IMG/VR virus record: IMGVR_UViG_3300042545_001134
Coordinates: 56,600-120,599 of that record
Source: a virus
Strand: one strand, 5' to 3'
Length of the DNA stretch: 64,000 bases
The notes beneath the pieces were generated by a model. That model searched no databases. It was not told the origin of the DNA and saw only the letters and a program-made list of their open reading frames with translations. Positions 55,787 to 64,000 of the stretch are shown here, one piece after another. The position numbers and the translations under genes were made by a program. Every line of letters begins with the position of its first letter. Position 1 is the stretch's first letter.

Positions 55787-56884
55787 ATGGAGTACGATTA
55801 TCTAATAGTTGGTGCCGGTTTCTTCGGTTCCATATGTGCCCACGAATTAACTAAGTCAGGTAAAAAAGTTTTAGTTATTGATTCAAGAGAACACATCGGT
55901 GGCAATTGTTACACCGAGAATAAAGATGGTATCAATGTTCAAGTATACGGTGCACACATCTTCCACACATCAAACAAAGAAGTGTGGGATTGGATTAACC
56001 AATTCGCTGAGTTTAACAACTATAGACACCATGTGATTGCCAACTACAAAGAAGAATTATATTCACTTCCTTTTAGTATGTGGACATTCAATAAACTGTG
56101 GGGAGTTAAGACACCTCAACAGGCGAAAGATATGATTGCAGAACAATCAAATGATATTGAAGAACCGAGCAACTTAGAAGAACAGGCAATCAAACTTGTA
56201 GGTAAGGATGTTTATGAAAAACTCATTAAGGGTTATACTCATAAACAATGGATGAAAGACCCCAAGGAATTACCAAAGGAAATCATTAAGAGGTTACCAG
56301 TTCGTTTTACCTATGACAACAATTATTTCTTTGACAAATATCAAGGTATCCCAATTGGTGGTTACACTCAGATTTTTGAAAAGTTATTAGAGGGAGTTGA
56401 GGTTAGATTGGGTGTGGATTATTTTAAAGGTAGTTTACCTAAACATAACAAAGTAATATTCACAGGACCAATCGATAAGTTCTTCGGTTACAAGTACGGT
56501 AAGTTAGAATACAAAACAGTTAGTTTCGAACACCAGTATTATAGTTCACCAAACCTTCAGGGTGTCCCTGTAATGAACTATACTGATGTGGATGTACCAT
56601 TCACTCGTATCATTGAACATAAACACTTTGAGGGTTTAGAAACGAATGGCTCGTGGATTACATATGAATACCCACAAGAGTATGTGGCAGATAAAACTGA
56701 CCCATATTATCCTGTGAACGATAAAGAGAACAATGAAATGTTTTCAAAATATAAAGAAGAGGCGGAGAAAGTTAAGGATTGTGTATTGTTTGGTGGAAGA
56801 CTTGGTGAATACAAATACTATGACATGCATCAGGTTGTCGAATCAGCACTAAACTTTATTAAAAAGGAAATCGATGGAAATTAG
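55787..56884 (+). CDS. glf: UDP-galactopyranose mutase
   Basis: YDYLIVGAGFFGS..IGGNCYTE..YGAHIFHTSNKEVWDW..LPFSMWTF..IKRLPVRFTYDNNYF..IIEHKHFE..YYPVND..GRLGEYKYYDMHQVV tracks E. coli Glf end to end. Confidence 0.85.
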   Translation: MEYDYLIVGAGFFGSICAHELTKSGKKVLVIDSREHIGGNCYTENKDGINVQVYGAHIFHTSNKEVWDWINQFAEFNNYRHHVIANYKEELYSLPFSMWTFNKLWGVKTPQQAKDMIAEQSNDIEEPSNLEEQAIKLVGKDVYEKLIKGYTHKQWMKDPKELPKEIIKRLPVRFTYDNNYFFDKYQGIPIGGYTQIFEKLLEGVEVRLGVDYFKGSLPKHNKVIFTGPIDKFFGYKYGKLEYKTVSFEHQYYSSPNLQGVPVMNYTDVDVPFTRIIEHKHFEGLETNGSWITYEYPQEYVADKTDPYYPVNDKENNEMFSKYKEEAEKVKDCVLFGGRLGEYKYYDMHQVVESALNFIKKEIDGN

Positions 56885-57977
56885 TTTTGTACTTGCGGTA
56901 TTCAATAAATTAGACCTCACCAAGGATTGTTATAAAAGACTTCGTGAAATCTATCCCGATGCACCATTAGTAATCAGTAGTGGGGGTTCAACAGATGGTA
57001 CCAAAGAATGGTTAGAGTCTTTAGATGACGATAATCTTTCATTTGTTCACGATGATGATAGGTTAACCTTCTCAGAAACGTATAATGCTGCAATTAAGAT
57101 TGTAGATACGGAGAAACTTGTCCTTATTCACAACGATATGGTCATTGGGAGACACTTTCTCGAGAATTTGAATAGATTACTCACACCAGACACTTTGATG
57201 TGTTATACGACCTTAGAACCACCCATTTTTGCTGGTCACCAAAGACCCGGTAAAGTGATAATGGACTTAGGTAGTTCGTTCCACGATTTTAAATGGGAAG
57301 AATTTGATTCATATGTTGAAGAGAATAAGAACAACTGTCAGATATATGATGGTGGTGTGTTCTTTATGAGTGGTTATAAGAAACTATTCGAGGATGTGGG
57401 TTACTTTGATGGATTTAGTTTTGTACCAGCGTTTGCTGAGGATGATGACTTCTTAATCAGAACCAAACTGAAGGGATATAAATTAAAAACCACATCATGC
57501 GCAATCACATATCACTTTGTTTCACAGACTTCTCGTTTCAGTGATGATTACAAGAAAGATAGATTTAAGTATGAGGTTAACTCAAATAGAAACTTTGTTC
57601 GTAAATGGGGCATATCAATTCCATCATTCAATGAATTAAGATATTGGGAGGATAATCTATTTGTTTATAAGACTTTCACCATGGGTTTAACCACTCGCAG
57701 TCGAGCAAGGTTATTTGAGATAGAACCGTTCTTCGATAAAATCGATTTAGGGACAATTCCCGAGGATTACATCGAGAATGAACAGAAGAATACTCGTTAT
57801 GATTTAAGGTCGAAATTTGTCCTTACAGATATCGTAGATGTGATGGTTTATGAAGTTCAACCAATGACTGATGATGACATCTACACGTTACAGAAATTGA
57901 GGTTATCAATTCCATATTATGAACCGGGTGAATACCAAGTAGGTTCATTAAAGATAGAAATAAGAAAGGGGGTATAA
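56874..57977 (+). CDS. Glycosyltransferase family 2
   Basis: N-terminal ISFVLAVFNKLDLTKDC and a D.D region (FVHDDD). Confidence 0.55.
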   Translation: MEISFVLAVFNKLDLTKDCYKRLREIYPDAPLVISSGGSTDGTKEWLESLDDDNLSFVHDDDRLTFSETYNAAIKIVDTEKLVLIHNDMVIGRHFLENLNRLLTPDTLMCYTTLEPPIFAGHQRPGKVIMDLGSSFHDFKWEEFDSYVEENKNNCQIYDGGVFFMSGYKKLFEDVGYFDGFSFVPAFAEDDDFLIRTKLKGYKLKTTSCAITYHFVSQTSRFSDDYKKDRFKYEVNSNRNFVRKWGISIPSFNELRYWEDNLFVYKTFTMGLTTRSRARLFEIEPFFDKIDLGTIPEDYIENEQKNTRYDLRSKFVLTDIVDVMVYEVQPMTDDDIYTLQKLRLSIPYYEPGEYQVGSLKIEIRKGV

Positions 57978-57990
57978 ACCCCCTTTTTTT
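57965..57990 (+). terminator. Rho-independent terminator at the convergent junction
   Basis: GGGGG-tataaa-CCCCC followed by TTTTTTT. Confidence 0.7.
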
Positions 57991-58462
57991 ATTCGTTTGT
58001 TTCAGTTGGTTTTGATACCAATTGGAATAAGATTGAATAGTTGTCGGTAGTATCACCGGCGTTCTCCAAATCCTCTACTGTCAACGGAGTGTACTCAACT
58101 TCTTTCTCCTCGTTTAACAACTCACCGTATTCTTTTTGGAAATCGATGTATTTTGGATTTAACTCACGAGAAATAACTGCATCGTTCTCATCTTTCTGTT
58201 CAATGAACATACCGATTTGAATTCCACCTTTACCATCGTCTTCACCATGTTTTTGGATGATATCATCACGAAGTGTTTCAACTGACTTGCGTTCTGCAGA
58301 CAATCTCTCACCAAGTTCTGTCAACCAATATTTGGTTTTAAGTGCTAATTTATGTTTTCTAAAACCGATGAAAATTTCTTTTCCTGTTTGTGGATTAACC
58401 AAACCGTTAATCTCACTCTCCAATTGTAGGATTTCTCCAAGTTTAAGCGTTCTTTTTGCCAT
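57989..58462 (-). CDS. Hypothetical protein (157 aa)
   Basis: ORF-track frame. Confidence 0.45.
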   Translation of the reverse strand: MAKRTLKLGEILQLESEINGLVNPQTGKEIFIGFRKHKLALKTKYWLTELGERLSAERKSVETLRDDIIQKHGEDDGKGGIQIGMFIEQKDENDAVISRELNPKYIDFQKEYGELLNEEKEVEYTPLTVEDLENAGDTTDNYSILFQLVSKPTETNE

Positions 58463-58517
58463 AATTGTTTAATTTGATTTTTATTAATTATACATTTAAT
58501 TTTTTAAATTGTCAAGT

Positions 58518-59237
58518 CTATTTCCCCAATAATTGAACTTTTGTTACCCCCGTCATCTTATCTTTTAATAAGGTTGTTAGATTCTTATCCTTTTCAATAT
58601 TGATTGACGATAATTTTGAGGCAATGGTAATTGAGATACCTTCACCAGATGCAATAATCTTACCTCCATTGATTAGACCACAATATTCTTTTGCGACTTG
58701 TAATTTTTCATAGATGTTATAAAAATGTTCTTGATTGAAACCATTTTTATTAATGGCAATAAAGTATTCCCACAACATCTCAAGTTCATTATAACTCGGA
58801 TACAATACATCTATATAATTTTTATAGTGAATCCACTCGTGTTGAGTCAAATCCATTTCATCCACATATTCTTTTTTGATTGGGTGATTAACCAAGGTAT
58901 CAATATATGATATACCCTCTTTAAATGAATATGATTTTAAATCATCTAAGAATGTGTAATCGGAAATCTCGGTATCGGCATCAATCAGTATTGAGATGTC
59001 GTGATTTTTAAGAATGTATTTTGGAAGTATCATTTTATCATGATACGATTTTTGGGACCTTTCATATGGAATTACATGAAGGTATAAAGAAGTTAAAAAG
59101 TCTTTAAAGTATTCGGGGTTATCAGTTAGAACGTAACAATGATAACCCCCATTAAGAATTTGTTTTACCTTATCGGATGTGATTTTATAATAATAATCTT
59201 CACCGAAACAAAAAATTCCAAATCCTATATTGTTCAT
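58518..59237 (-). CDS. Hypothetical protein (239 aa)
   Basis: ORF-track frame. Confidence 0.45.
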   Translation of the reverse strand: MNNIGFGIFCFGEDYYYKITSDKVKQILNGGYHCYVLTDNPEYFKDFLTSLYLHVIPYERSQKSYHDKMILPKYILKNHDISILIDADTEISDYTFLDDLKSYSFKEGISYIDTLVNHPIKKEYVDEMDLTQHEWIHYKNYIDVLYPSYNELEMLWEYFIAINKNGFNQEHFYNIYEKLQVAKEYCGLINGGKIIASGEGISITIASKLSSINIEKDKNLTTLLKDKMTGVTKVQLLGK

Positions 59238-59565
59238 AGGATATAATTTAAGGAAAAAATTTTAAATTACAAAGTGTTAGATAAGAAATTTGCGTAGTTT
59301 GTTGCGGTCTCTTCCTCACCAAATGGTTCGGTTGTCTCCAACACACCATTACGTTTAAATTCAACATACCATACGTTACCATTTTGGTAAACTCTTACAT
59401 CAGTTATAGTGTTCATATTATGAATTTAATTTTAAACTAAAATTAATTGCATGTTGTTCTTCCATATATGGATTACTTATGATAGTTTCACCGTCCTGTA
59501 TGTATTTTACGTACCAACAGGTGTTTTCTAAATAAATTTCTATGTTATCGATTTCTGGCATAATA

Positions 59566-59940
59566 TTATGAATTTATATCAAATACAGTTAATGGTCTTT
59601 GAACCACAATCCATTGTTGATTAGTTTCATCCCAAATTGCGGCCTGAGTGTTTGTAATCGATGGTCTCTCAATTGGTGAATCCCAACATTTTAATTCAGT
59701 ATTAATAACCCAAGAATTGTAAGGTTTTGGAGGTAAGAATACATCTAAAACCTCATTGTATGTGAAACCAACACCAGCGAACATTCCTCTAATGGTTCCA
59801 TTATAAGATGTTTGAATCCATCTTCCACCTAAACCTAAGTCAATCGATAGGTATTCCTCACCTCTGTGTTCTTCCTCATTAGGAACAACTAAAACTTTGG
59901 TTACAACGTTATTTAAATCTATTTCTGCAAAATGTGCCAT
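59566..59940 (-). CDS. Hypothetical protein (124 aa)
   Basis: ORF-track frame. Confidence 0.45.
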   Translation of the reverse strand: MAHFAEIDLNNVVTKVLVVPNEEEHRGEEYLSIDLGLGGRWIQTSYNGTIRGMFAGVGFTYNEVLDVFLPPKPYNSWVINTELKCWDSPIERPSITNTQAAIWDETNQQWIVVQRPLTVFDINS

Positions 59941-59944
59941 ATTT

Positions 59945-61612
59945 TTATTTGTATTTATATCTAATTATTACGATACCACTTCCACCATTTCCTCCTTGGT
60001 TATTTCCATTGTAATGAGAACCCCCGCCACCGCCACCACCGGTGTTGGTACCTCCATTTCCTCCCGGAACGTTTGCCCATGAACAACACGCACCGTATGC
60101 TCCGGGTACTCCCCACATGATTGAATCTTTTCCCCCTTCACCTTGTCCAAGAGCACCTCCACCCCCGCCACCACGACCTCCATATCCACCCGCATCATTT
60201 GAGTAAGCGGAACCTCCTCCGCCACCGCCCCAATAATATGGTCGGCCTAATATACCTGAAAATTTACCTGAACCACCGTTTGGTCTTGAAGGTGAGTTGG
60301 TACCAACTGCACCAGCACCTCCACCTCCACCTGAATAGTATTGTCCACCACCTTGACCACCATTAAATCCTTGACCCGATATTCCTGTACCTCCACTTCT
60401 TATATTTCCATCACTATATCCACTTGGTGCCCCTCCCGAACCACCATTACCTGGTGTACCGTAGTTAGGGGTATAACCATAATATGAACTTGCTCCAAAT
60501 CCACCACCTGTGGATGTTAACCCTAATGCAGATGAACTATCACCTTGGGATGCACCTATTTGAAATTGATGAAATTGTGGTTGTCCCGGTGTATTTGCTG
60601 CAGGTGCTCCCGCACCACCAGCCCCAACTGTTATGGTATAAGTGGTTTGATTTAAAACGGTTCGTCCCGATAAGACACCTCCGCCACCTCCTCCGCCGCC
60701 CATGTCCATACCTCCACCGCCACCACCGGCAACGATAAGATATTCCACTTCCAATAATGAAGCGTCGGCAGTTGATGTGATTGCGAATGTACCACTACTA
60801 TTAAATCTGTGAACTCTCCATTCACCCACTTCGGTGATAACACCACCAGTGGCAATTACTCTATGATGTTTAAATGAAGAACCTGAAGTGTTTATTGTTA
60901 AGGATTCTAATTTGTTTTGTCTGTTATTATCTAATAAGTTTTGTATTGTTGGTTCTGAACCATCACATAAATCAACTCGTGGGTCAAAAAATTGTAATCG
61001 TGTTGTATTGTCACCGCAATAGTAAAGATAAGTTCTATGATTTAATCCATATGTACTTGGTCCTGATTTACAATCACTACCAATATTACAACCATTAATA
61101 CTTCCAACTTTTCCTCCTGTTGTTGTCCAAAATCCAGTATCGGGGTGTCCACCCAATCCTTGTGGATAGTCAAATGGAAAACAATGACCAACAACTAAGT
61201 ACCATTGGTCTTGTGTTAAACCTCCCGAACCACCACAATGCCAATATGGGTTACACTCCTCGTTTCCGTCGGATAGTCTTATAACACATTGACCAATACC
61301 ATTTGTACCTAAATAAAATGTTCCACCAGCACTAACGGATGTTCTTTTAACCCAAACAGAATGTCTATATAATTTTGTGTTGTCGATATAAAACCAATCG
61401 GTGTTCCATCCACCGTCGGGGTTTCCATTACCTGATGGTCTTGTTTCCCAAACAACGGCGGAATTACCCCACGGGTCGGTACCAACTACTCTTGCATTCT
61501 CATCGCCATTTTCATTGGCAGAAAAATTACCAAGGGGTGTGGCAAAACTACTTGAACCCGTTGTCCAATCGTTTCCCGTTATTTTACTCGATGTTTTATA
61601 ATATACTGGCAT
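59945..61612 (-). CDS. Glycine-rich fibre-like structural protein with N-terminal jelly-roll-like domain (555 aa)
   Basis: C-terminal half dominated by GGGGGG/GNGG runs. N-terminal half Trp/Cys-rich and globular. Confidence 0.5.
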   Translation of the reverse strand: MPVYYKTSSKITGNDWTTGSSSFATPLGNFSANENGDENARVVGTDPWGNSAVVWETRPSGNGNPDGGWNTDWFYIDNTKLYRHSVWVKRTSVSAGGTFYLGTNGIGQCVIRLSDGNEECNPYWHCGGSGGLTQDQWYLVVGHCFPFDYPQGLGGHPDTGFWTTTGGKVGSINGCNIGSDCKSGPSTYGLNHRTYLYYCGDNTTRLQFFDPRVDLCDGSEPTIQNLLDNNRQNKLESLTINTSGSSFKHHRVIATGGVITEVGEWRVHRFNSSGTFAITSTADASLLEVEYLIVAGGGGGGMDMGGGGGGGGVLSGRTVLNQTTYTITVGAGGAGAPAANTPGQPQFHQFQIGASQGDSSSALGLTSTGGGFGASSYYGYTPNYGTPGNGGSGGAPSGYSDGNIRSGGTGISGQGFNGGQGGGQYYSGGGGGAGAVGTNSPSRPNGGSGKFSGILGRPYYWGGGGGGSAYSNDAGGYGGRGGGGGGALGQGEGGKDSIMWGVPGAYGACCSWANVPGGNGGTNTGGGGGGGSHYNGNNQGGNGGSGIVIIRYKYK

Positions 61613-61619
61613 GTCTTAT

Positions 61620-62408
61620 TTATATTTTAAAACGAACTCTTCCGTTATTAAAGTTTTGTGTTATTTCAGATTCTGTTAGTGCTCGATTATATATATGAAC
61701 CATTGGAATATATGCATCCATAAAGTGATTACTATTTACACAACCAACAAAAAATTCATTGGTTGGGGTTCCCCCAACTCCAACTGCAGCTTTAGAGTCA
61801 ACTAAAACACCATTTACATATAATCTAACATCACCACCTGAGTCAAGTACAAATCCGTTATAATACCAAATTCCAGTTTCAAAAGTATAATTATATAAAC
61901 CACTGTTATTACCCGCACCAGCATAAAAATATCCCTGACCTCCATTTTGAATACCAAGATACGTGTAACCTGCAGCGTCTTGTGTTCCGGTAAGTGAATA
62001 ACCACCCGTACCGTCTAAATTTTTATATTTAATCCAAATAAAATAACTTCGAGCACCAGATGGTCTAATTTGACTTCGACATTTAGAACTCAATGCCGAT
62101 TGAAAGTTAGCACTACCATTACCTTGGTCATATATGATTTGTGCTCCCGATTCAATAGTTGCATCGTAACCGTAACCACTCATATCTCTCCATATTGTGT
62201 TACAATTGACACATCCGGGATTTGATGAATAATATTGACACCCATAACCACAATCATAATAATTGGACGTATTTTTAAAAGAATAATCATTGGCCGCGTC
62301 TAACCATAAGGTAATTCCTCTAGTTACTAATTCGGGTGGATGTATCGTTGTACCCGTTGGGCTAAAATCATCCGCACCTAATACGTTACCTCCAATTGCT
62401 ATTGACAT
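61620..62408 (-). CDS. Putative fibre/receptor-binding protein with ConA/LamG-like lectin fold (262 aa)
   Basis: Gly/Tyr/Asn-rich beta-sandwich-like composition, contiguous with similar genes. Confidence 0.4.
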   Translation of the reverse strand: MSIAIGGNVLGADDFSPTGTTIHPPELVTRGITLWLDAANDYSFKNTSNYYDCGYGCQYYSSNPGCVNCNTIWRDMSGYGYDATIESGAQIIYDQGNGSANFQSALSSKCRSQIRPSGARSYFIWIKYKNLDGTGGYSLTGTQDAAGYTYLGIQNGGQGYFYAGAGNNSGLYNYTFETGIWYYNGFVLDSGGDVRLYVNGVLVDSKAAVGVGGTPTNEFFVGCVNSNHFMDAYIPMVHIYNRALTESEITQNFNNGRVRFKI

Positions 62409-62424
62409 ATTATATTAATTATAG

Positions 62425-63195
62425 TTAAAAATAGTTATTAACTGTAGCGTTATAGTTCTCTAAAATTTCATATGGATTTAAAATTCTATTGTAGAGACTA
62501 ATCATTGAAATGTCGCCCCAATATTGACTTGCATTGTTAACATCATTTTGTGAACCATTGTTGTATGCACCTATGGAACAAAATCCGTGTTTAAATCTTG
62601 AATTTATACTACTAATACTACCACGTTTAAAACTCGCACTATCGTTATATCCAAATTCATAATAAGGTGCCTCCGTATCAAAAAATCTCCAAACCATGAA
62701 AACCCACGATGATGGGTAACCCGGTAAACTCTGTTGACTAAATCCTGAATTGTTAAAACCTGTTCCATTTGTGTTATCGTACATTCCAATGTCCCATGCA
62801 CCCGATTGTATAATGACATGGTGGTCTTGTCCTGAACTTAAACCCCTAAGTAATGTTCTCCATTCCGCAGTACTGTTTTTAACTCTAGTCCAAAGACAGA
62901 TTGTCACATTACCTGACACAATTAAATCCGAACTCTGTTTTTTTGCACAACCATATGAACCATTAAAGTCCATATATTTAATTGCGGTTGCTGAATTAAA
63001 CGCCGATGCATTTATTTCAAAATTATTTCCGAGAGGACTTAAATCAAACCACGTTGTTCCACTACCAGGATATGAATCTTTATCGGTTGCATCCAAATGT
63101 AGTATCAATCCATCTCTATTATATTTTTGTTTAAAAACTCCTGTTGATGTAATATCGGTACTAGTGATTTCATTATTTTTTAGATATAACGCCAT
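62425..63195 (-). CDS. Putative fibre/receptor-binding protein, LamG-like (256 aa)
   Basis: Similar composition to its neighbours. Confidence 0.4.
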   Translation of the reverse strand: MALYLKNNEITSTDITSTGVFKQKYNRDGLILHLDATDKDSYPGSGTTWFDLSPLGNNFEINASAFNSATAIKYMDFNGSYGCAKKQSSDLIVSGNVTICLWTRVKNSTAEWRTLLRGLSSGQDHHVIIQSGAWDIGMYDNTNGTGFNNSGFSQQSLPGYPSSWVFMVWRFFDTEAPYYEFGYNDSASFKRGSISSINSRFKHGFCSIGAYNNGSQNDVNNASQYWGDISMISLYNRILNPYEILENYNATVNNYF

Positions 63196-63196
63196 A

Positions 63197-63988
63197 TTAA
63201 ATTTCTTCCAAAGTTATGCGGTATTTCTTACCATTTAAGTTATTGATTATGTATAGGTTTTCATCACCCTCTTGGATTGTCCACGTACCACTTGTTCCGT
63301 CAATATCGTTACCTTCGGGTTTATTCATGTTACTTAGGTGTAAGTCATTCGTGTAAATGTTTCTCCAACCTAATGATGCTGAACCCAAATCGTATGCGTT
63401 ATTTGTGGTTGGTAAGAAGTGTCCTGTTGTATTCCAAGAACCATATATTGTACCACCATATGAACCACCATAGTTCACTCTAACACCCCATCCACCGATT
63501 TCATTTAATATTCCAATACCCGCAGCGTCCCAATAGAAACTACCTTTGTAGGTTCCTTGGTGACCCAATCTCATTCTTATTTCACCGTAAGATGCGTTTG
63601 TAGAACCAACTGTCCAACTTGCGTTGTTTTCTGAATACCAATGGTTATTCGTAGCCTCATTATAAAGACCTTCATTTACCTGATTATTTCTAAACCAATT
63701 GTTGGCATAAATGTCAACAAATGTTGGTGAGTTACTAGTTGATACTCTTTGATTCTCTAATGGTTGGAAACGAGCATCTGACTCTGTTTCTGTAAAGTAT
63801 CTGTCGTCATGAGTGTGTGATGACTCAGCGTATTTTCCATCGATATCAACTGTTACAGTTCCACCGTCATTTCTTGTCATGGTGATAACACCGGTTGACG
63901 TATTGAATGTTGCTCCGGTCACATAATAGTTTGTATCGACATATGATGTGATGTATCCACTGTTGTTTGTGAACTGAGAAATGTTCAT
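63197..63988 (-). CDS. Putative fibre/structural protein (263 aa)
   Basis: Similar composition. ORF start lies near the window end. Confidence 0.4.
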   Translation of the reverse strand: MNISQFTNNSGYITSYVDTNYYVTGATFNTSTGVITMTRNDGGTVTVDIDGKYAESSHTHDDRYFTETESDARFQPLENQRVSTSNSPTFVDIYANNWFRNNQVNEGLYNEATNNHWYSENNASWTVGSTNASYGEIRMRLGHQGTYKGSFYWDAAGIGILNEIGGWGVRVNYGGSYGGTIYGSWNTTGHFLPTTNNAYDLGSASLGWRNIYTNDLHLSNMNKPEGNDIDGTSGTWTIQEGDENLYIINNLNGKKYRITLEEI

Positions 63989-64000
63989 TGAGGTTAGTGC

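Overview
This is an AT-rich (~35% GC), densely packed double-stranded DNA viral genome segment with about 110 ORFs. It is most consistent with a large (jumbo-type) bacteriophage. Bacterial-type features include lipoproteins with lipoboxes, an outer-membrane-protein-like beta-barrel, a DnaA C-terminal domain, a peptidoglycan-binding M15 peptidase, a glucosaminidase, hairpin plus T-tract terminators, and a GIY-YIG/NUMOD3 homing endonuclease next to thyA. A few genes are eukaryote-flavoured (GSII, SET, P4H, GT47-like), so the host assignment is an inference.

Recognisable genes:
- Nucleotide metabolism: thymidylate synthase with insertions, deoxyribonucleotidase, DEDD exonuclease, LigT-like 2H phosphoesterase.
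- Auxiliary metabolism: glutamine synthetase II, methylglyoxal synthase, SAM decarboxylase (SpeH-like), PLP aminotransferase, hotdog thioesterase.
- Glycan module at 50.8-58.0 kb: GT4, GT2, a class I methyltransferase, UDP-galactopyranose mutase (glf).
- Other: DNA methyltransferase, SPFH protein, SET-domain protein, CCA-adding-type nucleotidyltransferase, two peptidoglycan hydrolases, and ConA/LamG-like and glycine-rich fibre proteins at the 3' end.
- Three tRNA-like elements, two of them identical 121-nt copies.

The standout locus is at 5.2-7.3 kb. It holds a hypercompact TnpB/Cas12-like RuvC nuclease (475 aa). Immediately upstream of its start codon is a CRISPR-like array (36-bp repeats, 29-31-bp spacers). 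The gene and array are flanked by two direct copies of a ~120-nt conserved element. That element shows a compensatory base change in a hairpin, so it is probably a structured RNA. Each copy begins with sequence homologous to the 3' half of the array repeat. One copy overlaps the 3' end of the nuclease ORF and is followed by a single repeat-spacer unit. This looks like an omega-RNA-like scaffold whose terminal hairpin has been iterated into a mini CRISPR array, i.e. a TnpB-to-Cas12 transitional architecture carried by a virus.

A second notable feature is a family of at least nine copies of a hairpin plus GATTTTGTTTGGCA(A/G)GG element. All copies are on the + strand, punctuating the first 3.1 kb.
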